From positions 13,702,001 through 13,766,000 of the forward strand of contig OZ281496.1 in assembly GCA_965637545.1 (NCBI GenBank): a stretch of DNA of 64,000 nucleotides, in the 5' to 3' direction. The DNA comes from Phallusia mammillata. Lineage: Eukaryota. A model generated the notes under the pieces. That model searched no databases, was not told the origin of the DNA, and saw only the letters and a program-made list of their open reading frames with translations. The position numbers and the translations under genes were made by a program. Positions 1-11,455 of this stretch are shown here, one piece after another; position 1 is the stretch's first letter; each line of letters starts with the position of its first letter.

Positions 1-1489
1 AATTGCGTCATTCTCAGTTAACAGAGACATGGGGAGAGACGACCATGATGCTTTCGGGCTTGGGATGAATTCCTGACCAGCAACACTCCGATTCATTGAT
101 CAATTAACAATTCCATTTTCAAGTTAGGCAACCTTTTTTCATTTTTGCCTCCCAAGAAGAGTCCACATGAAAGTCGTTAAACCTTCATGATTCTTTAGTA
201 ATTTGGCAGAACTAATTTTACGAGCAAAGTTGTTTTTTTTTATTTATTTACAATGCACACCAAAGGAAACAGATGTAAGGAAATAATAGTATTTGACCAT
301 TAATAAGCAACAAACTTACTTTTAACAATCCGTTTTAATTGCTTTTTTGGGACATATTCATCAGGGTGAAACTTGTCAGTAATCATTTTCTATGTATTTC
401 GTCTATGACGACATCTTGTACATAAATGGCGTCACGACCCACAACATTTCTGTGCAATGCAAAAAACAACTCTTTTCAACAGCATTCCTTCATACGCCAT
501 TTTCCCGATAGATCCCATAACTTGGCAATACAGGCTACATATTACATGCATGTTCAGAGTGTCTTAGTTGCTTAACACAGTTTGAAACACCTCTATGCAA
601 AGCAGAACTGATAAATTGCAGCAATTGAGGATTATGACGAAGGATAGAGGTTACCACTTGCCAGGTTTAGGCAAAAAGGAGTAGAAGTTGTGTAAGATAC
701 ATTGTTTTAAAATTTTCGTTATGTTGTTTATTTTCTGTTCCTAAATTTCGAGGTTTCCAAAATAATTCTGTACCATCGTTTACGTAACCTCCAGTGAAAC
801 TTCTACAGGGGATATTCTATGTCATTATTCGTTGGTTGTTGCAGAGAAAAATATCTTCCCGCATTCTGCTTTTGGGTAGGGAAATAATCGAATTTTATTC
901 CTGCAAAAACTAGCACTTTTACATGCGCTTTTAGTGGATTTTTTAAGGCATATCAACACTGTCCATCAATCACGTTTTTTATTTGATTCAACGCCAAAAT
1001 ATGAATAAGAGAGATGACATAAATGTAAACATGTAAAACAGTCCTTTCTATCTGACCCTTTCTATTTGTTTTCGGTGATTGGTTCTAAAAAAAAACACGA
1101 GAAGAGAAAAAAACAAAACAAGCAGTGCGTTATAAGTGTTTTTCTTGAAAATACATCAAATAAATAAAATGAATCTTTGTGAAATATGGATGTAAAAATG
1201 TGTTCGCATTTCTTCGGGCAGTAATTTCACGCTTGTCTGGCGGGGTAGTTAGTGAACGGTATTTGCGTTGCACAAGTAAGTAAGACCATAACACCCCGTG
1301 GAATGTAAACAATGCACCACGTGTGGTACATGCCAATTGCACAAAAAACCTTGGGATTTTGTGAAATGATTCTCGCTCATATGTATGTTGCCAGTATGAA
1401 AGATTTGCTGCTGCTCATGAAAGCTTTTAAGCCTGTTTTTTTGGTGGTTATTTTATCCGGTAGTTTATTTCAAACTTCGGTGCACTTGT

Positions 1490-1920
1490 ATTTTATTGTA
1501 TTTTTGGCTCGACTTGATGAAACTGGAAATGATGGAACAAAAAATTTTTGTGTAGTTCTTGTTGCATGGTGATGTATTGCTGATGTGAAATTGAAAAAGT
1601 TGTGGAAGGAAGTCTTTTGTTTATGAACTGAAAATCAAATTTTGCCAATTCCATGTTGTGCATATCATGCAATTTTAGAATGTTAGTTTTTCTGTATAAC
1701 TTGTTGGTTGAGGTCCGAAGAGGGCTTTTGGTTATGATTTTTAAAATGCTATTTTGCATGATTGAAAGTGGATGTATGTTTGTTTTGTTAGCAAAACCCC
1801 AAGACAGTAATCCATAAAGAAGGTGTGGATGCACCAAAGAGAAGTAAAGACATCGGAGCGTCGATAACTGCACATAATGTCTAAGTTTGGAGAAAACTCC
1901 TGCAATTGAAGCAATTTTAT
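1490..1920 (-). pseudogene. CR1/L2-clade non-LTR retrotransposon, RT C-terminal fragment
   Basis: ORF 1493-1948(-) reads IAGVFSKLRHYVQLSTLRCLYFSLVHPHLLYGLLSWG...QNSILKII...LYRKTNILKLHDM, the typical L2/CR1 post-RT region. The 5' side is cut by the element starting at ~1920. Confidence 0.8.
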
Positions 1921-2658
1921 TATGGGTTCCCTTCCCTGAAGGGGACACATACTGATTTTACCCAAATGTTTGTTTGTTTGTTTTCTTCCTTTTTTTTTCT
2001 CAAAGTTTGTCCGACTCGTTTTTCAGTCAAATGTTTCATGGATTTGGCTGAAATTTACACATATGGTAGATGTAGTTATGTAGATGTGCATCACACTTTG
2101 TTTTTGTTGATAACCCCCAGTATTTACCCCGCTAGCCCCCTAAAATAGGTGTTTTTTTACCCGAAGTTTGGCCGACTCGTTTTTCCATCAAATGTTTGTT
2201 GGACTTGGGCGAAATTTATACAGATGGTAGATATATTTATGTAGATGTGCATACCACTTTGTTGTTGTTGATAACCCAAGTATTTACCTCGCTAGCCCCC
2301 TAAAATGTGTTTTTCCCCAAAGTTGGTCCGACTCGTTTTGCCATCAAAAGCTTGATGGATGTGGCTGTAACTTATGCAGATGGTAGATATAGTTATGTAG
2401 ATGTGCATCCCACTTTGTTTGTCCAGGTAACCCTAGTATTTACCCCGCTAGCCCCTTAAAAGGATGAGTTTGTAAACAATGTCAGAAATGGCTAAAATTT
2501 GGATAGCTTGTATAGTATGCCATTAATAGGTGTCGATTGTTGTGTTCAACCCTAACATTTACCCCACAAGCCCCCAAAGTGTAATACGTATTTGTATGTT
2601 ACTGGGCACCACAAACGGCAAATTTCTGTGACACAATAGTGTCACAAGGGCAGCTAGT
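1920..2658 (+). mobile_element. Non-autonomous Helentron-type (HINE/DINE-1-like) element
   Basis: Starts TTATGGG with a 5' stem-loop gttcccttc-cct-gaaggggac (1926-1946, 8/9 pairs), then a (GTTT)n microsatellite (~1968-1984), an internal tandem array, a perfect 3' hairpin TGTGACAC-aata-GTGTCACA (2627-2646) and CTAGT (2654-2658). Confidence 0.65.
2003..2460 (+). repeat. Three tandem ~155-bp units inside the HINE-like element
   Basis: Units start aagtt(t/g)g(t/g)ccgactcgtttt at ~2003, ~2164 and ~2318, share atggtagat...tatgtagatgtgcat, and end gctagcccc(c/t)taaaa. Confidence 0.9.
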
Positions 2659-3349
2659 TGTATGCTACTCGTTTGTGGGTTGCTTGGTGGACCTTTTGCG
2701 CCACAGAAATTTGCCGTTTGTGGTTGTTAACAGCCCTATGACGTCAGAGTTATTAACGATTGTTGCTCAAAACACCTCTAGTGGTCGAAATTGTAAACAT
2801 TGGCGGATTTGGCTCAAATTTTGCATTTCTATTAATTGAGTCATTGTGGTTTCATATTTTTTCAATTTGTGTGTCGAACCCCACTAGCCCCCTAAAATGG
2901 GTCAGTTTTTTTTAAATTGTGTTGGATTTGAAAGGAACTAAAATTTCCTACAGCTGCTTTGTTTCTGCCTTAACATGGGCAAATTTGTACTGTCTGTTTG
3001 CTTTGATCCCTTTGTTACAAAATGTTTGTTTTAACGTGAAAAGGCCGCTAAAATGGTAATGGGTAAAAAAAAGTACGACACTTTCTTACGCTTCCGTTTA
3101 TTAAATTTTTTATGCATGTTTTTCAATTACATTTTGGTATAGTGACGCGTCCAATGCTAACGAGTGTCGACTCAGCGTTTATCGGGAATGTTTTTTATTA
3201 TTATCTAACATGGCAAAAAAACACAGTCGCGAGGTAAAGGAAAGGGGTAAACAAAGGAATATACTGGAACGTGACAATGACAAACGAATGTGAGTACGAA
3301 AAAACACAAAAAAGTAAGTACAATTTATTTCATATAAGTAAGTATAATT

Positions 3350-4020
3350 CATTTTAGTAGGCCTGGACATTCTGGTGTCTGTTCTGAGGCGATTGAATAT
3401 CGCTGTTATTTCCTTCTTAAAGTCAAGCATGGTTTGGTTTAACAGTTCTTGACCATGTTCCATTTCGTCAATGGCAGCCTGGTGTTCGCCTCACCACAAA
3501 TGGTTGTCCGCCCGCAAGAATGCCATGGCTAAATCTTTTTGTCGCGAGTACATTTTATCAAACACAATTTTTCGCTCCATTTCGAAATGTGGTCCTAGGA
3601 AACTATTAACCATCTAATTTCCTGAAAAATAAAAACACAATTTCAAAGCGTGAAACAAAACGTGAAAACGAATATAATAAACAAAGTGAAGCATACATTT
3701 CACACTGCGAGTAACATGAGAAAAAGGTTCCTTTAATTAGTTTTGCATCGTTTGGCGAGACTTTCGGTAAATGATTCCACTTCTTTAAAAAAATCTGACA
3801 AAGTATCGTTTTGAGTTCAGCCGTATGTTTTGTAACTTAAAAAAATTCGTCCGTAATTTTTCTTTCGCTGATTTTGCACTCTTCAACCATTTTTTACCGG
3901 CTTTCTGGGTTTTAGAACTCTGTATCGAAGTGTAAACATTTCAATATCATTTTGAAGTGCTTTAATTTTGTCGAAACAGCTCTGGACATCCCGCATTTTT
4001 ATTAAGAGGTCGACCAACGC
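3350..4020 (-). pseudogene. Degenerate coding relic of an unclassified repeated family (copy 1)
   Basis: Minus-strand frames give ...KDLAMAFLRADNHLW*GEHQAAIDEMEHGQELLNQTMLDFKKEITAIFNRLR and an upstream segment LQNDIEMFTLRYRVLKPRK/AGKKWLKSAKSAKEKLR. A homologous segment occurs at ~50975-51330. Confidence 0.55.
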
Positions 4021-5352
4021 TATGTCCCCTGTTGCAAATTAAATGCCCAACATTGCTCCAAACAGCACAAATCGCCAGTAAACACAATGTAATGCAAGAC
4101 AAATAAATGCCGCTTGTAAGTTAAAGTTAGCTGAGTCTCACTGTTCTTGTGTCTATGTATACAGTCAGTAATACTGAAATAACCCCCCTTTGAAGTAAAA
4201 TTGCCCCCAACTTCGAAAATTGTCATCATCGCCCCCTTGGTGGACCAAATCGACCCTGTCAAAGAATCCTGCTTTAGATATTTATGCCATACAAGTTACA
4301 AACAAACAAAAAATTTTCAGGTTTCAACGAAGATTATACAACCTGTTTCAAGTGCGGTACATCATTTCTCTGATTTGTTAACAAAATATTTTGAAAGCCA
4401 GAGATGCTTGCAAGAAATTTATGAAAGGAAAACTACTATACAACAAGGTGCCAAAGAAACAAAAACAGTGAAAAACAAAAGAAAATACAAGGAAAGTAAA
4501 CATTACAGAGCTTTGAAATTAGAAAAATCGAAAAAGTAAATACCACAATGATCCTGCTTACAGAGCATCTGTAAGAAATGCTTCAAAAAGAAGATATCAC
4601 GAAGACATCAATTATAAGCAATAAACAAATAAAAATAGTAAACAAAACACAAAAGATTATACCTAAATGATCCTGAATTTCGTGCAACAGCAAAAAAAGT
4701 TTTAAAACAAAGATACAATGAGGACATATGCTACAAGCAGCATAAGATTGGATGCAGTAAACAAAAATACAGAAAAAACAAACAGTACAGAGCTAGTGTT
4801 ATTAGAGATGCAACACAGCGAATGACAAAAAAAATATCACCATGACCCTTTATTCAGAGCACCAGTCAAAGATGCAGCTAAACAAAAATATCATGATGAC
4901 CTTGCCTACAAGCATCAGAAGATTCAAAACTTGAAGACAAAGTACAAGAAACATAGACTTTCTGTAATTAAAAAAAGCCGGTTAAAACGAAGTACCACAG
5001 CATTCCAGCCTTTCAGGCAACAATAAAAGGTACATCAAAACAGAAGAACCACAAGGACACTGATTACAAGTATCAGAATATTGGAAACTTGAAAAGAAAG
5101 TACAAGGAAAACAATGAACACAGAGTTTCTGCAATTGGAAAAGCTGGAGACAGAATTAAAACGAAATACCACAGCATTCCAGCCTTTCGTGCAACGATAA
5201 AAGATGCATCAAAACAAAGATACTACAAGGACACTACCCACAAACAGCAAAAGATTGAAAAGGCCAAGAAAATCATTCATCAAAAATACTGGGAAGATGA
5301 ACAGTATCGCACTCATATAAAAAGTTTTTCGAAAACAAAATAGCACATAGAC

Positions 5353-7864
5353 CAGGGGTGGCCAACCCGCGGCTCGCGAGCCGCATGCGGCTCTTTGCCT
5401 GGTTTTATGCGGCTCTTACGAGGTTTTGACCACTGTGGATATTTTGGTTAGTCTTCGGCGATCTGGTACAAACATCGTTAATTTTGAGGTTAAGCTATAA
5501 CAATTTTGCTTTTGAACAAACTTACTATCGCAGTGGCCACAAACCTTGCCTTAAAACTGCAACTTTAGGTGGTAAATGGCCTGATTATGATGACAAATAT
5601 CCAATTGTTTGAATGAATGATTTCTCATTGTTGCGCACAATGCGAATGAGACACAAAGCCACAGTTATATTTACAACAACGTGTTTTAATGATCCAATCT
5701 GTTGCTTTTTGGGCTATCAATCCGTTACGCATGCGCGTTAGATGAAAATACGGCAGAAGTTTCTCAACGGGGACAAGATCTTTTGAACAAACAATTTTTG
5801 TCAGGTTAGCTATTAAAATGGCAGAGAAAAAAAGAGCAGTCAAACGAAAATATGAAGAAGAAAACAGGATGTTTTTAACAGAATGGGAGAGTTTATATTT
5901 TTGGGTTGAGCGTAATGGCAAGCCATTTTGCCTTATATGCCAGGCATTATTGGCGAATTTTAAGGCGTCAAACCTTCAGCGCCATTTCAGCTCATTACAT
6001 GCTAATATTGACCAGGAATTTCCAAAAGGAACTGAACTTCGCAAGCACAAGTTGGTTACTTTGAAACCGCAAGCAGAAAAGCAAAAACAGTTCTTCCACA
6101 AATTTACAAAGTCCTCAGAAACCGCAACGCTTGCATCGTATCAACTGGCTTGGAACATTGCACGGGATAAAAAGCCATACAATGAAGGAGAGTTTGTTAA
6201 AAAATGTTTCAGTGACATTATTGAAATCTTGTCTCCTGAAAACGGCAAGCTAAAGCGAATGGTATCCGAAGTCCAGCTGTCCCGCCACGCTGTTGAACAC
6301 AGAATATCGGACATTAACACCACTACTGAATCAAAGTTGCACTCTGCCCTTCAAGCATGTGACTATTTCAGTGTCGCATTGGATGAGAGTTGTGACATTC
6401 AAGACAAACCTCAGTTGACAATATTTGCACGATTTGTGTCAAACGATTGTGTGATCAAAGAAGAACTTCTTGATATTGTGCCGTTAAAAGACAGAACCCG
6501 TGGTGTAGATTTGAAACAAACAATGATGACTGTATTTGCGAATGCAAATCTGCCTGTGCAGAAACTAACTGCAATAGTCACGGATGGGGCTCCAGCCATG
6601 AAAGGATCTGCGAACGGGCTTGTGGGGCTGTGCAAAGCTGATCAAACATTTCCCGAGTTTTGGAATTTTCACTGCATCATTCACAGGGAGCAACTCGTGT
6701 CTAAATCATTGAATTTAGACAATGTCATGAAGCCTGTGATGGAAATCGTCAACTACATCCGCACACATGCGCTTAACCACAGGCAATTCAGGAATCTTAT
6801 CGCCGAGCTGGACCAAAGGCTTCCAGGTGACCTACCGCTGCACTGCACTGTGAGGTGGCTATCAAAAGGCAAGGTACTTTCTCGCATTTTTGAGCTTTTG
6901 GATGCCGTGAAACTGTTCATGGAAGAGAAGGGTAAGCATTATCCCGTCCTCTCAAACCACGAGTGGATTATGGATTTGGCCTTCTTAGTTGACATGCTGT
7001 GTCACTTGGACAGACTGAACCTGACCCTGCAGGGTAAGTTCAAAATGCTGCCTGACCTAGTGCAAAGTGTGTTTGCGTTTGTCAACAAACTGATGCTGTT
7101 CAAGGCGCATATTCAGAAGAGAGATTTAAAGCATTTTCCCACTCTGCTAAAAGCCAGCGGGCAAGTAACCAGTGTCGCCCTGAATAAAAAAAACAGCTGG
7201 ATTTGCAACACTGGTTGAAAACCTGCATCAAAATTTCGTGACCCGGTTCCGTGATCTACAACTCAAAAGGCCACAAATTTCATTCCTCGTTGACCCACTT
7301 AATGTAGAGACCAACTGTTTGAAAACCCCGCTGGTCACAGATGAGGCTGCGGCTGAGTTAGAATTTATTGATCTTTGTGAGGAGGACCGACTGAAACCCG
7401 CTTTAAGGGAAGGGACCATCGAGTTCTGGAAAAGTGTGCCAATGGAAAAATACGCCAATGTCAAACGGGCTGCGCTTAAGATACTGTCAATAATTGGATC
7501 AACATACGTCTGCGAGTCTGTGTTTTCCACCCTGAAACACGTGAAATTAAAGCACCGATCTGTTCTGACTGACACCCATGTTAAAGAATTGCTTCGAGTG
7601 GCAACCACTCATTACAAGCCAGATCTGAAGAGGATTGTTCAAGGCAAGGAATGCCAGAAGTCCCACTAAGCAACATGCATAATATGCAGTGCTGTGAAAG
7701 GAGGCAGGGAAAAATAGCTTCGATTGTTATATTTATTCAGTATTAAAATTCTTTTCTGTTTGTTTTTGACTTTCATTTTTTCTCGACCATCTTTATAGTG
7801 TGGCTCTTTGTGGAAACACAGAAAAAAATATGGCTCTTGAGCTCTGACCGGTTGGCCACCCCTG
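5353..7864 (+). mobile_element. hAT DNA transposon (Buster/Charlie group, SPIN/GTF2IRD2-like), full length
   Basis: Perfect 15-bp TIR CAGGGGTGGCCAACC (5353-5367 / 7850-7864) and perfect 8-bp TSD ACATAGAC (5345-5352 / 7865-7872). Confidence 0.97.
5818..7669 (+). pseudogene. hAT transposase with a single +1 frameshift
   Basis: ORF 5818-7218 carries a BED finger (CLIC...RHFSSLH), ALDESCD, TDGAPAM, HCIIH and VRWLS. ORF 7238-7669 carries YVCESVFS and the dimerization domain. Removing one A from the A8 run at 7186-7193 joins them into 616 aa. Confidence 0.92.
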
Positions 7865-8142
7865 ACATAGACAGAAGGTATCATGATTGCTTCAAACAAC
7901 GAGCTGCTGGTGATGTTAACAGAAAGTACTATGAACAATCTGACTTCAGATCTAAGTTTAAAATGTTATGTGCACAACGAAAAAGGCAGAAGTATCATCA
8001 AAAGATTTTAGGCAAGCAGCTCTAAAGTCAAACACTACAAGGTGGAAGGAAAGAAAAAAAATACTCAGCAACATAAACCATTGTGTTAATATATTTCGCA
8101 CACACTGCCATCTTCTTCCAAAATATGGTTGTTGCATTAAAG

Positions 8143-10889
8143 CAGGGGTGCCCAACCTTTTTTGACCCAAGGTCTACTTTTCAACTAGATGAGCTTTGGA
8201 GATCGACCAGGCTTGTGCCTCCACCGCAAAATTATGCAAATCTTTACCTGGCTTACATCAGTACACTGCTGTTATTGTACTTGTTATTTCGTGACTGTTA
8301 TAACGGTATAGTTGCCTGGAAAATGATTTTGCTGTCGGTTGGCCCAACAAGGCTTTTCTGATGTTAATACCTTTTGCTGCTTGTCTCAAATAATTTTTTT
8401 ATAGTTAATTTACTACTAATTAAACTTTTAGGTTCACTGCTGAAAAAACTTTTAAAGACTTGAGCCGGTATTGGCCCTCGCATGAAACCTAAATTGCTGT
8501 TGGCATGTATTTTTTATTAAACAAAGAACGAAAGCATTTGTTGCCCGCTACATTAATGGGAGATCTGGCTTTGGGAGGATGAAGCTAGTTTCTCGTAGTC
8601 GGGAGTGTAGGAGCTGGTTGCAAGACGTAGGCAGGCTGCAAGGTGGTCATCAGTGATTGTTGATCTGTACTTGGACTTAATTATTTTCATGTGCGAGAAA
8701 GCTGACTCACACAAATACGTTGACCCAAAAAGAGCTGTAAGGTTCAAAGCACATCTCCTAAGATTGGGATACTTCCCTTTTGTGAGGTCTTTCCAAAACA
8801 CCACATGCTCCCCAGACTGAGAGGACGTTGATCTGGCTTTCAAACAAACGTCGTTTTGCAGCATCAGTATTTCATCTTCAAGAGCGAAAGTTTCCAAGTC
8901 AAACACTGCATTTAATTTTACGGCAATCTCACCTACGTCAATACCTGCTATAAATGGATTACACATATAGCTGGCTATAGGCTGAATACTTGAAAAGTCC
9001 TTAAAACGTTTTTCAAACTCTGTCAAGATGGCCTGAATGTGCCCCTGATATCCTTCACTACTCGCAAGGTGTGTGGCGCTTTTATTCTGACGTTGTAATT
9101 CTGCCTGAATGTGAGGAAAGTTGCGTAGATTACCACTCTGCAGCCTGGTTGACATTAAATAAAGCTTGCTTTTAAACGTGTTTATCGACGTTATCATGCT
9201 GACTATATCCTTATTCTTTCCCTGCAGCTCCAAATTTAATTCATTGAGCTCTCCAGTGATATCTGCTAGAAACGATAAATCCATAAGCCATTGATGGTCA
9301 TCTAGTTTGTTGTAATACTCCAGATTTTTGGAATGTTTCAGAAAGTCTTTGATTTCAGGAAGCAGCATCTTAAACCTGGCTAGAAATTTTCCCTTACTTA
9401 ACCACCTAACATCCGTGTGAAGGAGCAAATCTACGTGCTCAGCATCGTGTTCCTCCAAGTGAGCACGGAAAAGTCTTCTCTGCAGACTCCTTGCACGCAA
9501 AGAACATACAACTTTCATTGCAATATCCATGACATCTTTCATATTTAAAACCTTTCCGCACAATGCTTGCTGGTGAATCAAGCAATGGTAACTAAGGATA
9601 CCTGGAAACAATTCACTTTGTTTACAAAGTGCAACAAACCCACTCGTCCGGCCAGTCATAGCAGGAGCTCCATCAGTTGTGATGGAGACTAGCTTAAAGA
9701 GTGACAATTTTTGCTCGCTTACAAACTTCATGAACACGTTGAAAATATCAATTCCTCTCGTGTGCCCCTTTAATGATAAAATCGTGAGTAGCTCGTCCTT
9801 CGTGCTCATGTCTTCAAACGCCATTCTGACAAAAACACACAGTTGTGCCTGATCCACCATATCAGTCGATTCGTCAAACTGCAACGAAAAGCACTCACAG
9901 ACGTTTATGTCTGCCACCAGCTGCCTCTCTACATCCCTGGCCAGTCCCTCATATCGCCTTGTAATAGTATTTCGAGATAGTTGCACTTCTTTAATAGCCT
10001 GTACAATCTTTGTTTTATTTTTGTATTCGTCAAAAAGGCTATCAGCGGCTTCAAGAAAGGCTTCCTTTATTGTTTCTCCGTCTTTGAATGGCTTTTTGTG
10101 TTTGGCAAGTACGTGGCTGATGCGATAGGAAGCAATGGTTGCGGCCTCACACTTGTTGCTCGGTTTAGTAAAGATGGACTGACGTGCCAGGAGTTGTGCT
10201 TTTAATTCTTGCACTTTTAATGTGCGTGACGGCGTTTTCGCAGGAAAATCTTTCTCATAGCTTCCATGTACTGTTTTAAAATGGCGCTCTACATTTCCTT
10301 TTTTTGCTAAAGCCACTGTGGCATTGCAAATCAAACAAACCACTTTTGAAAAAGAATTTACAAAAAAGTAATCTTCCTCCCATTCACGATTAAAGTGGTA
10401 CGTCTTGACTCGTTTCGTCTCAGCCATGTCAAAACAAAAACTAATATGTAAATAAGCTCTGACTAAAGTGCAGTGTTTTTTTCTTCTTATTAAACCTTGC
10501 TAAAAACCTGCATAATTGTACAATCATTTTAAGCACTTTTCGTAGCATGGTTTAACAGATAAACATACAACAACAAACTATACCAGACCTAAAATATCGA
10601 GCTAACAGGGCTAAAAAAACTATTTGAAGTAAATAACAAGGCAAACTATTATCGTTCCTTCTTCAAACTTAACAATCCATTTCGATAATAATGTTGGTGA
10701 CGTTGACAAAAGGCGTGCTTCTTTGTTTGTCTGGTAAACAATGACAATGAACATTGCAACAGAGAAGAATTAAAGCAGAAAGCTCTGTTACGCAAGAAAA
10801 AACGTATAATTTCAAAAATCTCTTGCGATCGACTTTTAATCATGCCGCGATCGACCAGTCGATCGCGATCGACAGGTTGGGCACCCCTG
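8143..10889 (-). mobile_element. hAT DNA transposon (Buster/Charlie group), full length, apparently autonomous
   Basis: Perfect 16-bp TIR CAGGGGTGCCCAACCT (8143-8158 / 10874-10889), perfect TSD CATTAAAG (8135-8142 / 10890-10897), and GCGATCGAC subterminal repeats at ~10824-10873. Confidence 0.97.
8553..10427 (-). CDS. GTF2IRD2/SPIN-like hAT transposase, 624 aa, intact
   Basis: Uninterrupted ORF with BED finger (CLICNAT...ERHFKTVH), LQFDESTD, TTDGAPAM, HCLIH, VRWLS and YLCESAFS: DDE triad, CxxH and RW motifs all present. Confidence 0.95.
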   Translation of the reverse strand: MAETKRVKTYHFNREWEEDYFFVNSFSKVVCLICNATVALAKKGNVERHFKTVHGSYEKDFPAKTPSRTLKVQELKAQLLARQSIFTKPSNKCEAATIASYRISHVLAKHKKPFKDGETIKEAFLEAADSLFDEYKNKTKIVQAIKEVQLSRNTITRRYEGLARDVERQLVADINVCECFSLQFDESTDMVDQAQLCVFVRMAFEDMSTKDELLTILSLKGHTRGIDIFNVFMKFVSEQKLSLFKLVSITTDGAPAMTGRTSGFVALCKQSELFPGILSYHCLIHQQALCGKVLNMKDVMDIAMKVVCSLRARSLQRRLFRAHLEEHDAEHVDLLLHTDVRWLSKGKFLARFKMLLPEIKDFLKHSKNLEYYNKLDDHQWLMDLSFLADITGELNELNLELQGKNKDIVSMITSINTFKSKLYLMSTRLQSGNLRNFPHIQAELQRQNKSATHLASSEGYQGHIQAILTEFEKRFKDFSSIQPIASYMCNPFIAGIDVGEIAVKLNAVFDLETFALEDEILMLQNDVCLKARSTSSQSGEHVVFWKDLTKGKYPNLRRCALNLTALFGSTYLCESAFSHMKIIKSKYRSTITDDHLAACLRLATSSYTPDYEKLASSSQSQISH

Positions 10890-11455
10890 CATTAAAGTAT
10901 TTAACAATAATAATTGCGGCAATAATTCACTTGAAGTTAAGGTTGATGACAAAAGGTGGATTTGCTTCACTCGCAATAATTATTTGAAAAGAGGCCACAT
11001 GCCCCGCCTGGCAAAATGGTTTGGAAACCGATACAATACCAGATGAACTAAGCAGTCTCAACACATTGGAGAGACACTTAGTTTCTCCAATTATACCTTT
11101 TATAAAAATAGTTGCTTTGTCTAAGGCAGTGGTTCTTAACCTTTTTAGCGAGGTTTCCCACTAAAGTCAACCACCAACTTCGAATTTCCTCCTCTGCTTT
11201 TTTAATAATGATGTTTTGTGCCCAACGTTAACAAAAAAATTTATTCTTTAATGAAATAATTTTGTGAAGCGATTTGGTCTGGAACTCCAAATGTATACTG
11301 CAATCTCGTTTAAATAGTGCTTCTGTGAGAGGTTCAGTTTTTGGAATTTTAAAGAGTCTCCTCTACTTGCAATAGTACTTTATTGCATCATAATCAACAA
11401 AAGAAAGGCTTTTATTCGCGCACAATAGCAAAGTCATTGATACTGGCCTTTAGAT

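Noticed and set aside
1-1100. Broken coding-like frames on the minus strand at the window start
   Set aside because: No recognisable motif, and the window edge prevents assignment.
2631-2644. 14-bp identity ACACAATAGTGTCA between the HINE 3' hairpin and the hAT ~90-bp repeat unit
   Set aside because: Similarity does not extend convincingly on either side in AT-rich sequence.
7228-7608. Numerous 60-130-aa ORFs antisense to or overlapping transposase genes (e.g. 7228-7608, 9907-10205, 20816-21373, 40104-40442, 45666-45875)
   Set aside because: Shadow ORFs of real coding sequence or translations of tandem repeats, with no independent evidence.
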